Origin: Balanoglossus misakiensis
Taxonomy: Eukaryota; Animalia; Hemichordata
Direction: 5' to 3'
Assembly: GCA_040954595.2 (NCBI GenBank)
Contig: CM082587.2
Location: 7,181,705-7,245,704, forward strand
DNA: 64,000 bases
In this document: positions 40,201-52,248 of the stretch, piece after piece
How the letters are laid out: each line of letters starts with the position of its first letter
How positions within the stretch are numbered: position 1 is the stretch's first letter
Notes under the pieces: model-generated
Database searches by the model: none
What the model saw: the letters and a program-made list of their open reading frames with translations, nothing else
What the model was told of the DNA's origin: nothing
Translations under genes and position numbers: made by a program

Positions 40201-43200
40201 CTGAACTCTACACACAAATTGCCTGTAACCCTTGGAAACGTTCCGGAACAGTAGATCAGTCTTTAATCCGTGATATCAATCACGTGTCATTTCAAAGACA
40301 TTTTCTATTCAGCTATTTTATTGTGTCACGTTCACTACACAGTCGGATAAGTGCTTATTCTTGTTTTCATCGTCGCTTTTTTTCCATAAAATCCCTGGGT
40401 GGGATGTCTCAGGGCTCAGGTTACCGATACACAATGTGTGTGTAAAATATATTACCACAGAATCTATAAAATGAAACCACGCGGTACAGGCCACACCTGT
40501 ACCCTGCCATTGAAACCTTCTATCATGCACAAGTTGTGCACCTTCAGAAATTGGATATAATTCTGTTAATTCGAGTTAATTCCGTTGAATGTGATACACT
40601 GTGCATAGTTTCGCAAAGATTAAATTGTTGGTGCACAATCGTTCTGTGAAAATGATGTTTTCGATTTCAAATCGTCTGAAAAACCACTGGCAATCAAGTT
40701 CTTCTGATTGAAACTTCATGGGATGTGAGTCAGTATGGAACCCAGTGTGAACTATGATATTTGTCACACCTGGTTTTTGAGCTGACAGTAGACACATTGT
40801 GTTCAGGCTTGTATGTGTTTTAATGTACAAAGATAATCATTCTAACCTTAAAAATCTCTTCTTTTTTCGCTTTCAGCCGAGAACTCAATTGAAAGTGAAG
40901 CATATTTTAGTCATATGGAGTTTTATATTTGTGTGTAGCTGGATGGGATATTTGAAATACTCCAGCTATGTGGATTTATGCAGAGAACACACAATCACAG
41001 CTGTTATTGTAAGTATATGCTTGCATCTTCTTGAAGCTTATCTGTACTGTCTTTTAGACGAGAGAACAAAATATTGTTCTTCACACACATAAAAAATTAT
41101 ATTCTGGAAGCAAGCGAGATAACATATTTGTAGTGCAAAGATGGCTGATTACCTAAGAAACCTGCAGTGGCTTGTTATATGATGTATAAACTGAATGGTC
41201 CAATCAACGGCAAGCTGTCTATTCAATATTTCATTGTTTGTCTCTGACGAGTTTGATAATTCTTAGCGTAAATAATAAGCTTTCCGTATTCATATTGAGA
41301 AAAAGAAGCTCAGTGGGTAGGTAGGTAAGGGCATGATGAGTCCTTTCTTCGTTCGCTCTCGCTGACACAGTGCTATTAATCATGATTCAGGAGAGGTTTG
41401 TTCGCTTTACGAGCTGATAACTTGTTTGGTAGTACTTTTAGGTCAGTAGCGTTGACGTGTAGACGCGATGCGTTTGTGAGAGTGCCAAGTGATTCTTTGC
41501 GCGTGAGGGTTTGATTACAGTTGGCGGATTGCGTGCGGCACGCGGAATCAATATGCCGATCTTCTCGCTGTGTTTGAATGACTGGATGGTGAAGAGCGAG
41601 AGAGAGAGAGCACATCTTTGTGTATGAACGTTGGGGTTTGTATGTTCCTTGGAAAATCCGGGAATTGTCAACCACTTCTGGGAAGTCCTCAAAGTTGATT
41701 TCTGTCACAAACACAAGGAAAAATACTGCACAATCACTCCTGGAAAATAGCATTTTTGACCTGGACAGTATTTCTATCTCTCAAAAACATAGCCTCACCA
41801 GTTTACCGGTAACCTGTATTTCAAAAATCAATACATGTACTAGTATTCCACGATCTTTACATTTCACTGCATTAACATTAGCATGCATTTGTAGTGACAC
41901 CTATGAACAAAATCATCCATGCATCACTGATATATTCTCTAAGGATACTGATAGCCTTTGGCCTTGTATTCTCAATTGATAATTAATCAGGCTGCTCTTC
42001 TTTGGTTGAAAGCCTCCTGATTATTAATTGTGATATATCAAATAGTGCACCACGAGACGAAGACTATTTGACCTCTTGCATTCGACAATTTTCCTCAGGT
42101 GGTCTTCATTTGATTGAACTAGTTAATGTTGTTTGTGCAAAGGAGTGAGTGTTAAGTGGTTTGCTGTTGAAAACCATTTGCAGGTCTGCGTACAGTCCCG
42201 CACAGTCATGGAAAGGAAACTCGCCTTTGCAGTTCCAACACCAACATCAAACAGTTTTGTGTTAGTTTTATCGTACGCTGCGAAAAAAAAATAAGCAAAT
42301 TTTGATCTGGGCATTGTAGAATACCGTACGCAATTTAAGACATTCTGTCGTTGATGCGCAGCACTTGGTGAATATTTATCTTGATGATGTGGGATTTTGA
42401 CTTTGCTTTGCAAAACCCAACTGCAATCTGATTCAGAATTGGTTGGCCACAACTATGAAAAGTGCATCGCCGGTACTAAGTGGGGTGAATTGTAAGAATC
42501 GCTTGGTGGCTACGGCTTTGTCATGCAACGCTTGACTCGCAGGCAACTCGAGATCCAGTGCTATATTTAGTCACAAGCAGACAAAATTGAATAAAAAAAA
42601 GAAGAATTTATGCATGGATTTTTTTATCAGTTGACCCCTCGATTATTATTCTGTACCTGCAGGCAATGTGTGAAGAAATTACCACTTTCTGTATGAATGA
42701 ATGAACGAATGATGAGCATGGTTTATGATGTAATGTGTCACTCACTGCCCCATGCATGTAAATGTCTGTACAGGCACAGTGTGTTATATGCTGGTACATG
42801 TAATATGCGTGCGATGGGTTGGATGAAATCTGTAATTTGTATCTCCAGACAGGAAATTAAAACAGGTATTGAATTATGTATCGCAATCAGTAGTAATAAA
42901 TTACATACATACGAGTGGAATAAATTGAGGCGATATTTATCCATAAAGTGGTTTTATGCCCAGGTTTAATAATGATTTTTAAAAAAAACCCACAATATCA
43001 ATCTATTTCCTCTGCAGTTAAAGGCTAATTTATAAAACGTTAATGAGGATAATAAGCAAGTTGTTAGTGATAATCAACATTTCAGCTGCATAAAATTAAC
43101 TTCAGATTGTCTTTTACAGTGAGTTTTTGCTGTATATTATGAAAGAGATTTTTATTGCGTTTTCCAGTTTTCTAATTGTAATTTAACACTCAGAATATAC

Positions 43201-43243
43201 ATTTTTGTAAAAAAATGAAAATTGTATGAATTTTTTTTCTGTG

Positions 43244-43280
<37 letters not shown>

Positions 43281-46200
43281 TAGTAAGCATGTCATTAATC
43301 CCCATAGATGTAATCTGGAGACAGTATAATTTATACATCGCTCAACGTGTATCGGGAGATATCGAATGGAAGGCATTGATACAGTTGATTCAAGCATATC
43401 GTTACATCCATCTGTCTGGCCATTATCTGTCTGGAGTCATTCAGAATTATGTCGACTACTTTGAAAGTTCATTTTGGAGGAATTACTAAAATGTGCTCCC
43501 ATAGTTTTCAAAATAAGGACGTCTATTTCTTGTGTGCAAATTCCCGGAAAAGGGGGTATCTTGGGATTTTTGAGGAACCAGCTTGGGTGTGTGCGTTTTC
43601 ACTTGGATTGCCAAAACACACAGGGCATTGACTGTGAATTTCCCTGTGGTATAAAGTTCACCTTGTTAAAGTTCCAAAAGCTGCCATTTATAGCACATTT
43701 GTCCATGGTCTGTTGTCACAGAAAGTCGCCACGACACAACAGCTCAGCTATGGTAGATAAATTATGGATTCAAAGTAAAACGCGAGATGCTCTTGACAAA
43801 AAAAGGCCCATTTAGGTAATGCCGTAAAGTGATTCAGACGAAGCTAATCCCGGCAATTAGCCATGCCAGTGGACCCACTTGACAAGCCGCGTCGCGACTT
43901 TGCGTTTGCTTTCGACGGCTCGGATGAAGTGCCCGCCGCAAAAGGTACACAGATTAGAAGCCGTTAACTGAGAGATGTATATTGATTATATGCGAGTGTT
44001 TAATACAAGAATTGAATTTGCAAGCGGCGGCGCACCTCAATTGAAATCAATAAAACACGCTACCTACATGTAGATGAGTGTGTTGGGATTCTCTTTTGTT
44101 CTCGCGGCGATTTTCTCCTTGTGCTCAGCTGTCAATCAAAGTGGGCCAACCGTGATGCTGTGTGTTTTACATTTTTAATTAGTGGTTGACACCAGCAAGG
44201 GAGCATTTTACCGTTATTGTACTATGCATGATTTGTGTTAGGGTAGGTGAACACGGATGCCTCTCTTGGGAACAGGATCGCACAATGCCTAGCATAAAGT
44301 GAAGTGCACTATTTATATTTTGACCCAAAATGAACCGTGGCGCCCTGCATTGTAAAGGTGGGGGATAACTCGCCGCATAAATCTACATTTATCACACTAA
44401 AAAAATGTATATGCCACCAGTATTTAACAGCAAAAATAAAGTAATGTGGTCCGAATTGCCAAGAGGTGCTTCGTGTAATTTTTATTTCTCAAGAGATAGC
44501 TTGGTTCTTTTTAGTTTCTTTGAGGATCTCCCTGCAATTAACTTTTTTCTCTCTCCTAATTTTCTTTGTAGTGCGACCGTTACCGCAAAGGGATCATTTC
44601 TGGTTCTCTGTGCGAAGAACTGTGTGACACCAAAATAATCGTCTTTGGTAAATGCCTTTCACATCTCCCGTCTCAACAGGTAAGTGGGTTCTTTTTTTTA
44701 TATTTCTGACATCGTCGAGAAACGGAAGAAAACAGGAGCGGCCTGGTGAAGTTGCAGAATACTCATAGTGGCCCAGTTACCTTAGAGATTGTTGTTCTGG
44801 TTGCGAGGAGCCAGTATTCAACAGAAATTACACCAGCCTGCTTTTCTCTACATGTCTACCCGATTACTCTTTGAAATTCTGTTTGAAGCAGCATTCATTT
44901 ATTGACTGGCCATAAGGGTAGCAGCATATTGCTGTCTCCCTGGAGAAATGTGAGTTGACCCAAAAACGGTCTGTTTCCTGAAGCCCCCCAAGGCTGACGG
45001 AAACAGTCAATTTTAGGGTGACTCACAGTCCAAAGGAGAGACACTGCTGTTACAGGCCCCAAAAGGTTGTTTCCGGTCACCTCCTGGCATCAACCTATTT
45101 TCTGTTTGACAATTTAAATTATTTATGAAGAAAAAAGAAAAAGTAAAAATCCGTGACCACAAACAATTGTTTCATTATGGGGCCTTTAATCCCCCCAAAT
45201 TTCAATAAACGGCCCTCACTGAAATCTGTGATCAGCCTCAATGCATTCAGACCGAAGTGAATATGCCTATTGCCAAATGTTGATACAGCATGTATTTTCA
45301 CATTAAACATGAATTCACAACGAAGACCTAGATACATCAGGATCTCTTGGGTGCAAAAACAGTGCCACGCTGTAATATCTTGTGATGACCGCATATTAAA
45401 CCTTTTTGGGGGAAGAGTTCTTTGTTTCCATTATAGGTGCATCACTGTGACGCTTTGCAGAAGACTGCGATAGTCAAATATCAGTTTGATAACAAATTGA
45501 CCAAACGACATGTTGATAATGCTCCATTTAAAGTACCTGCAGCCTACAAGTACCTTTGTGGGTCCCCTGTCAATTATTTTGTTCGATTGCTGTGAAGGCC
45601 ACATCAGATTTTTGAGTGTATGGCTAAAATCTGTAATAGAGGTAACATATGTTTTATATGAGGCACAGTTTGGAGGAGATTAATATCATAAAACAACATC
45701 ATGAATTGTTGCTTGCTCTACAAACCGCAACTCATAATTCACGTTCCCAAAACCAATTTTGCTCTCTCCCCTTGCTTTGAAATCACAACCGACTCTTGCT
45801 CTGAATGATCAGAGTCTTTAAACATTACAGGCTGGAACAACATCTGTTTTTACTCATTTATACATTCCAATATGTTGTTTTCTTTCTGGCCCATTATGAG
45901 GTTGTGATGAATTTATAAATGGGAGTATTGTGTGGAGGGATTTATGTACATGTAAAACTGTAGCATGGGCTTGAAGAATATGGGTCAAATCATGATATAT
46001 TTACAGTTCTGTGCAGAACCTATCACTGAGGCAGGAGCCTTTAAGACCACATCTAGCTATAGGCCTGTCTCAGACCTGAACATTCTCACCCAGGTCTGTT
46101 ACATAGATGCACTGTTTTCATAATTGTTCGGTAGCTGAAGCAAGTCTCGAATGCGCTTGGGTGGTACGATAGTTCTTTCACTAAACTGTACAGGTAACAC

Positions 46201-47828
46201 ACCATCAGTTACAGTGAACTATGTTTACACTTTGTGTATACAGTTATACTGTAACAGTAACCATGCATTTAAATGCAAGCTAACAACTTGCAACTGCACA
46301 CAATGAAGTCATTCGGAACTGGAGTGTTTGAAGATATCGCCCACTCTTTTCTCGAGTCGGTGGCGCATTAATATTTCAAGTCTGAATGCACACAGTATGT
46401 GGTGTACATGTAGGATGTAATCCAATTTCACGGAAGGCTACTCTATTGAAATTCTTGCTGCCGGACATACCATGTGAAGAATATAATTCGGTTTTGTGAG
46501 CCTCGCCGGAAACGTAAAAATGCCAGAGTTCAAAATTCTGAATTTATTATCCTCAGGGGATGTTCACAATGAAAAGTAAAGTACTGTACATTTGCTTCTT
46601 GAATTTAAGGTAGCTTGTGAAGTCTGTGATTGCTAATTGCTAATTTCTTTGTCAAATAAATTTTGTAAACCAGTGTCGCATTTTGTCAAATATTAATTAG
46701 TACCAGAAGTGTTTGTTTATTTGTTTGAGATCTTTAAAAGGATGGGTTTAGGGGGAATTATACTAATTTCTGTGATATCGAACTAAGATTGTCATAACCC
46801 TTTCGTTGCAGGTCTACTCAGGGTATATCAAAGCAACTGACCCCAAGAAACACGACAAACATGTCATAATAAAACACAACATGGAAAAACTGCTGAGCCA
46901 GGACCCCATGGTGCGGGAAGCGATCTACAACAAGCCGGAGAAGGGAAGTTCCATGGATGACTTCCGGGTCATGTTGAAGGCGTACCTGGAGCGGAAGCTC
47001 GGGGACGGGGACTACACGGAGCTGCTGACGCGCACGGTCGATGTCGCCGACATCAACTACGACGGAAAGATCACTTTGGCGGAAGCCAAGACAATGTGGG
47101 CCCTGCTGCAGAACAGCGAGTTCTTCATGATGATGGTGCTGCGCGACAGCGACCACATCCCCAAGTTGGAGGGCTTCTGCGGCGACATGTTTGTGGTGGA
47201 GGAGGCCATGGTGGACCGGGTGTACGGCGTGGAGCTGCCCGGCGTCATCAACTTTGCGCTGCCCAACAGCTACAAGCAGAACATCGACCAGTGGTTCACG
47301 CCCACCTGGCCGCAGAAGGCCCACATCGCCGTGGGCATGCTGGAGTTCATCGAGGAGATCTTCCACGGCGCCAGCGGCAACCTCTACATGTGCGACCTGA
47401 CCGAGCACAGCGTGGGCTTCACGGACAAGCACGAGGTCAAGGTCATCAACTTCGCCAACCTGGTGCCGGAGACCACGCTGGCGCAGGTGCTGCGGGAGCG
47501 CCACTGCCTGCAGGACGCCGACTGCAGCTACGCCGAGAACTGCATCACCATCTGCGACCGCGACACCCACCAGTGCACGGGCCAGGTGGTCCACCCCAAC
47601 CTGCAGAAGGTCTGTGTGTTGATGCACACGTTCCTCCTGCGCGGGGCCCCGAGCGAAGTCAGACAGGAACTCGAGGAGGAGCTGGAAAAATGTCTTGAAC
47701 TGGATGCAAGTAAAAACCCAGACATTCAGCTCGAACATTCCTTAGTTTTGAACTCCTTAAAAGGCACACTTTGGAAACAGATTTCTAATGAAAAATTTGG
47801 CAACAGTCATGGCAAAAGGGGTAGATAA
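19249..47828 (+). CDS. DIPK1: Divergent protein kinase domain 1 (DIPK1/FAM69) type II membrane kinase-like protein, 433 aa
   Basis: Exons 19249-19293 (MAARSPIWNRTFFFQ), 40877-41008 (TM segment, ..YSSYVDLCR..), 44572-44679 (CDRYRKGIISGSLCEELC..FGKCLS), 46812-47828, all phase 0. Matches recalled human DIPK1A motifs (EAKxxWALLQ, PKLxGFCGD, DQxFTPxWPxKA, LLRGAPSE, EHSLxLN) and has the EF-hand DINYDGKITLAE. First coding exon is less certain than the others. Confidence 0.93.
24283..24375. mobile_element. Degraded copy of a ~90-bp TTAA/CCCT-ended MITE
   Basis: Right end ..CCAAACCATGGTAGTGAAAGGGTTAA matches the right end of 48205-48298; left end decayed. Confidence 0.55.
27773..27890. mobile_element. 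118-bp fold-back MITE with 9-bp target-site duplication (Mutator-like)
   Basis: Perfect 31-bp TIR CAATCTGATTAAAATCAGATGTAGGGAACGG / CCGTTCCCTACATCTGATTTTAATCAGATTG, flanked by GACCTGTAC at 27764-27772 and 27891-27899. Confidence 0.88.
34333..34413 (+). CDS. DIPK1: Candidate alternative first coding exon of DIPK1 (MRPMHKLWLLCRGCFHCTRRAIQTGRV)
   Basis: GCTGCC-ATG context, upstream in-frame stop, 27 codons, phase-0 donor GTG|GTAAGC compatible with exon 40877; local CpG-rich patch with GGGCGTGG and ATTGG boxes near 34070-34135. Confidence 0.55.
43244..43280. repeat. (TCA)n microsatellite
   Basis: About 12 TCA units; explains the poly-Ser and poly-Met ORFs in the track. Confidence 0.95.
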
Positions 47829-48204
47829 CAGTTGATTCAATGCAATAATGATATTTTTACTAAAAACGTCTGATGTGGAAAGCAAAGAGGCCTTTTTCAT
47901 CATACATTTTGCTATCACATCCATTTTAAGGAACATTCAAGTCAATCTCCAGAACATGTATGTAATTTATTTCAAAAAAAAAATATTTTTACAACAAAAA
48001 AGCTATTAATTATTTGTAGTTGGTATCGAAGGGACCTGACTCATTTCAAATTTGCGCAGTTTCTAAGCAAAGATAAAATATATTTGTCAGGTCTCGTTGG
48101 CGCAAACACTTGCTTTAGTAACTGTGTTTGTGATCTTTCTGTACATTTGATTCTCATTCTAACATTTATGTTGAAATTAATAACTGGGCTTCCTCCTCCA
48201 CAGT

Positions 48205-48298
48205 TTAACCCTTTCACCCCCACTTCCCGTTATAGAGTTCCAAGGTTGGCATTGTAAACAATAGACTTGGCCCAAAACCATGGTGGTGAAAGGGTTAA
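48205..48298. mobile_element. ~90-bp MITE with TTAA target site and CCCT ends (piggyBac-like) in the probable DIPK1 3' UTR
   Basis: TTAA-CCCTTTCACC ... GGTGAAAGGG-TTAA; related copies at 24283-24375 and 54181-54263. Confidence 0.75.
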
Positions 48299-51109
48299 AG
48301 GTTAAACGATTGGGTCTTGTAGATTTTCATTGTGTTCAGTCAATCTTTCGAGGTTTCATGTGTTGTTTAATGTTTGTGGTGTCTGATTGGGTCGTCACCA
48401 ATTCACAGTCTCCGCAGACTTTAAACAAGGATTTTTAGTCCTCAAGACTTGTCCCCCCCCGAAAAAACACAACAACAAACAAACACGGGTGACATTTTGA
48501 TCGGTGCGGATCACAGAGGTTGATGTTATACTCTCATTTTCCAGATTGACAATTCATTATTTGTAGTTAAACATTCCATGCTGAATATTTTAATACTTTA
48601 TCCGAAATATATGGTACCGTGTACCGCAGCTTGCAGAGAAACCTGTTTGTACAGAATTATGAGTACCGGTACAGATATTCATAAGCAACAAACTCAGTCG
48701 TCGTTTTGAGAAGTCACTAAAAATCGAGAGCAAAGGATGCTGGGAACTCGGAACTCTGAGAATGCAGCCAGCATTGCGTAAATGTGGAGATCCCCTCTGT
48801 AACATTGTTCAGAGGAGAATTGAAGTTTTTGTTTTGGTTACAGATGAATTATATCTGTCAGATTTAGAAGATTTTGCATTGACAGCGTACAGGCTTGTTA
48901 GTGTGCATTCACATCGTGTTTACACTTTGCAACCTTTCCAACCTTAGTGACCTTATTCTGACATTTTCAACAAAGCCAGCTTCAAAGAGCTAATTAATCT
49001 TTTCTTAGCCCTATTGTGAGTGTACACAGAGAAAATAATGCCGTCTTTTCCCCCAGTGATCATGATTGAATAAAATTCAGGATAAAAATCAAAGTATCGA
49101 AACAGGAGAATTAAATCGTTGGTTACTGCTTGCCGTGGAAGATATTTCCGCAATCAATTCAATTCGCAGTTGCCATGTCATATAAAAATGAACTTTGGGT
49201 GAGTTCGTAGCTAATGTCCTTTGAGTTGCTCATGGCTCCATTGTGATATGATTAAATGATATATGACAAATTTTGCTTTGCGTGTGTGTGTGTGCACGCA
49301 TGCGTGTACATTTGTATGTATTTGTGTGTGTGTGTGTATTACCCAGGCTTTGCCTCAGGAGTACACATCATTTACGTTGATGGCGCACCATCACTTCAAA
49401 GTGACCATAGCGTTTCTGTAGATTTATAGTACGGATATGAAGAGCGCCACCAAGAGTGGGATGCTGATTCTGTCAGGGGATGGGGTTTGCGAAGAATATG
49501 TCTACATGCGTAGGCAAATAAATTTTTTCTATATTATCACACAGTACCTGCATTTTTTAACTCTGACGTATGATAGCAGATTAATAGGAGGACCACACTC
49601 AGCCTCAATAGACAAATTAAACAGCTTTACAAATAAATACAAAATTTAACTTTATTTCTGAAAAATAACGAATCAAGTGGCAGTAACATTGTGTGAAAAA
49701 CTGTCATTTGGGAACATTTTTATGAATATAAAAATCATTGAAAAAAAATCACTTATCTACTTTAACATGCAAGATTTGATTGTTACTGTATTTGCATAGG
49801 CTATGTACAATTAGAGAAATTGGAGTCTTCTCCAATAAAAAACGAAGTATTTCTATAATTTGCATATTTCTATGGTAACTGCAAAGGGCAGCCAATCAGC
49901 TATAGTTATAAATATGCAAACAAAACTAAGAGCTCAAGGCTTGTTAGAATAGAAAGATTGTCTTTCCATGATGTTAATGAACAACTGAGAATGACAAAAA
50001 ATAGATATCTCATGTTCGAAAGCCAGGTAAATTCTTTCAAGGTTATAAAGTTCAAGGTCAGTACATGGTTCAGTACTTTAAGGCATCAAAAAAATATAGG
50101 TTTGTGTTGTACTTTCTCATCAAACATACTTTCTAAAAACATGTTATGTTCGGCAAGTTTGTATTCACCAAATATGACTTGAGATTTGCATCTCATCTCA
50201 GTCAGAGAAAAGAAAAGTTACAAACAGCACAAACTGATTCTGAAGCCAGGGGGAAAAAATAGCATGTTCTTGCACAGCACTTGGCAATGTTAGGCAAAGT
50301 ACACGGTAACATCTGAAAAATACATGTACAATACATAGACAATACTATTGCAGCTAGTATGACTTTAAAGAAAACAACTTGGTTATGCATATACCTTATT
50401 CACAAGATATAGCAGAAAATTAGACATTTGAACTACATGTACATGTATGTATATGAAACAATAGAAACTACATAACATACACAAAGTAACTTTGAAGTCT
50501 AATTATACGACCTTCGTCTCTGACGAGGCAGAGATCTTCGGATTGACTGACTAAAATTGGATGGATAGGGTGTGATGTAATGGAGAAATGACATGTAAAA
50601 ATTACACTGTTATTAAGCTACACATATAATATATATACACAGAATGAATAGAAAATTCACTGAGTTCACAAGTTCATTAATACTTGTTTTAAAAATTTCA
50701 ATCATAAAAATTTGATTGCTTACAATTTCTTAAGGAGATGTTCTGCATGTGTTATGGTTATATCATTTTCACAGAATTCTTTCCTGATATGAATTAAGCA
50801 TTTTTTTTCCTCCGCTAGAAATAAGTTAATGCTGTTTGGTATAATAAGGCACACAAACAAGTCTGAAGACGAGTTTCGGTGAGAATAGAAATGCTTCGAA
50901 CAGCTGCTGTAAATTGTGAAGGCTTCTCTGCACAACCAAAATACACAAATTGCGGATAGTCCACAATGGTCTTGTAAGGTTGCTTCTGATTGGTCAATTC
51001 CTTTGTCATTTCACTCTTCAAACATGCATGCAGCCTATGAGGATTAGCCTCTCAAAGAGTTGCACAATACTGCACGCCAGACGTACAATTTACATAAATA
51101 CGTGAAATA

Positions 51110-51360
51110 GAACAAGTCATTTTCGATGACACAGTCCCTATTGCTTTTGATTTCTTTTTTTTTAAAAACACTGGATGTATGTCCAAAATCAGCCAAAGAC
51201 AATTTGTGTTAAAATGGCTGCCTAGCAGCCATATTGGACCAGATTGTGAAGCTCAAACTTTGCCAAGTTTGAATGAAATCACATCAGATATGTTGGAGTT
51301 GATAGATTCGGAAGGAACCCAATCTGTAAAGCCCCAGGCTACATCCATGGGGGACTAACA
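51110..51360. mobile_element. Possible degenerate Helentron-associated (HINE/DINE-like) element
   Basis: Begins AACAAG; internal palindrome ATGGCTGC-CTA-GCAGCCAT; AGTCCC/GGGACT subterminal inverted repeat; 3' CCCCA..TGGGG hairpin. Call rests on structural resemblance only. Confidence 0.4.
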
Positions 51361-52248
51361 ATACAATGTTTAAAACATACATAAATATAAATACAAAATA
51401 CAAATTAATTACTTGGAACGGCGATTGAACATTATGTAAGTATTTTAAGGTTTTTGAAAATTTACAGGTCAGACAGACATTACAAAGCCAGTTAAGGGCC
51501 CCCTTGTATGTACATGGATTAAGTTGATTGGTTAAGAATTAGGGCCACATAGTTTAAGATCCCCTAAGTTAGTGATCATCTTCATCAGTACCAGTCCTGT
51601 AAACCAAAGACCCGTGTTTCCCCTACAAACACAAAACCACCAAAATTACATGATTTGTAACAATAAAGTGTCCCTAACATCTACAAGTGAGTTGGCAAGT
51701 GTATAGACTGGGTATGCTGTCTGAAGGGACCTCGCTCAGACAAGACACCTGTTTACACGGGACATAAGCTAGATCACAACAGAATAAAGAAAAAAAAATT
51801 GCTAGGTTTCTGGTTAATAGAGTTTTTTTTCACAATGGGTTCTATGTGAACGGGCCCGGAAAAGGCTCAGAGAGCTGTTTGATGGTAATCATCACATCTG
51901 TCTGTCCCATCTTCCAGGTTAGTTTCGACACATCTATTTTTTTTTTAAATGGTATAAAACTAGAAAAGGCACTGGTTGTCAGTTGTACTTTAGATAGGGC
52001 TCCTCATTTGTACAGTGTTCCAGCAGAGTTTTGACTGTACATGAACGGTGACGTGACTTGATCGCCGGCGGTGCGTTTTGACGAAGCTGGTGGCTTTCCC
52101 GGGAACACACTAAAGTAAACTTCCAGACTGAATCCACCAGCTCTGAAAAGTTCAAACCTGTTGGACTTTCGGTGGCTGGCCGTGGGGTGGGGGAAGGGAA
52201 GGGAAGGGCAGGTCAGGGAGTTCGACGCCCTGGCGCCGGAAATTGCAC

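Noticed and set aside
19294-40876. Many 60-130 aa ORFs in the long DIPK1 intron as a nested gene or transposase
   Set aside because: No recognisable domains, coding bias or consistent exon chain; sizes are as expected by chance.
43152-43489. Poly-Met and poly-Ser ORFs
   Set aside because: Translation of a (TCA)n microsatellite.
46818-47738. 306-aa antisense ORF and 200-aa frameshifted ORF over the DIPK1 last exon
   Set aside because: Shadow ORFs caused by very high GC3; no recognisable protein features.
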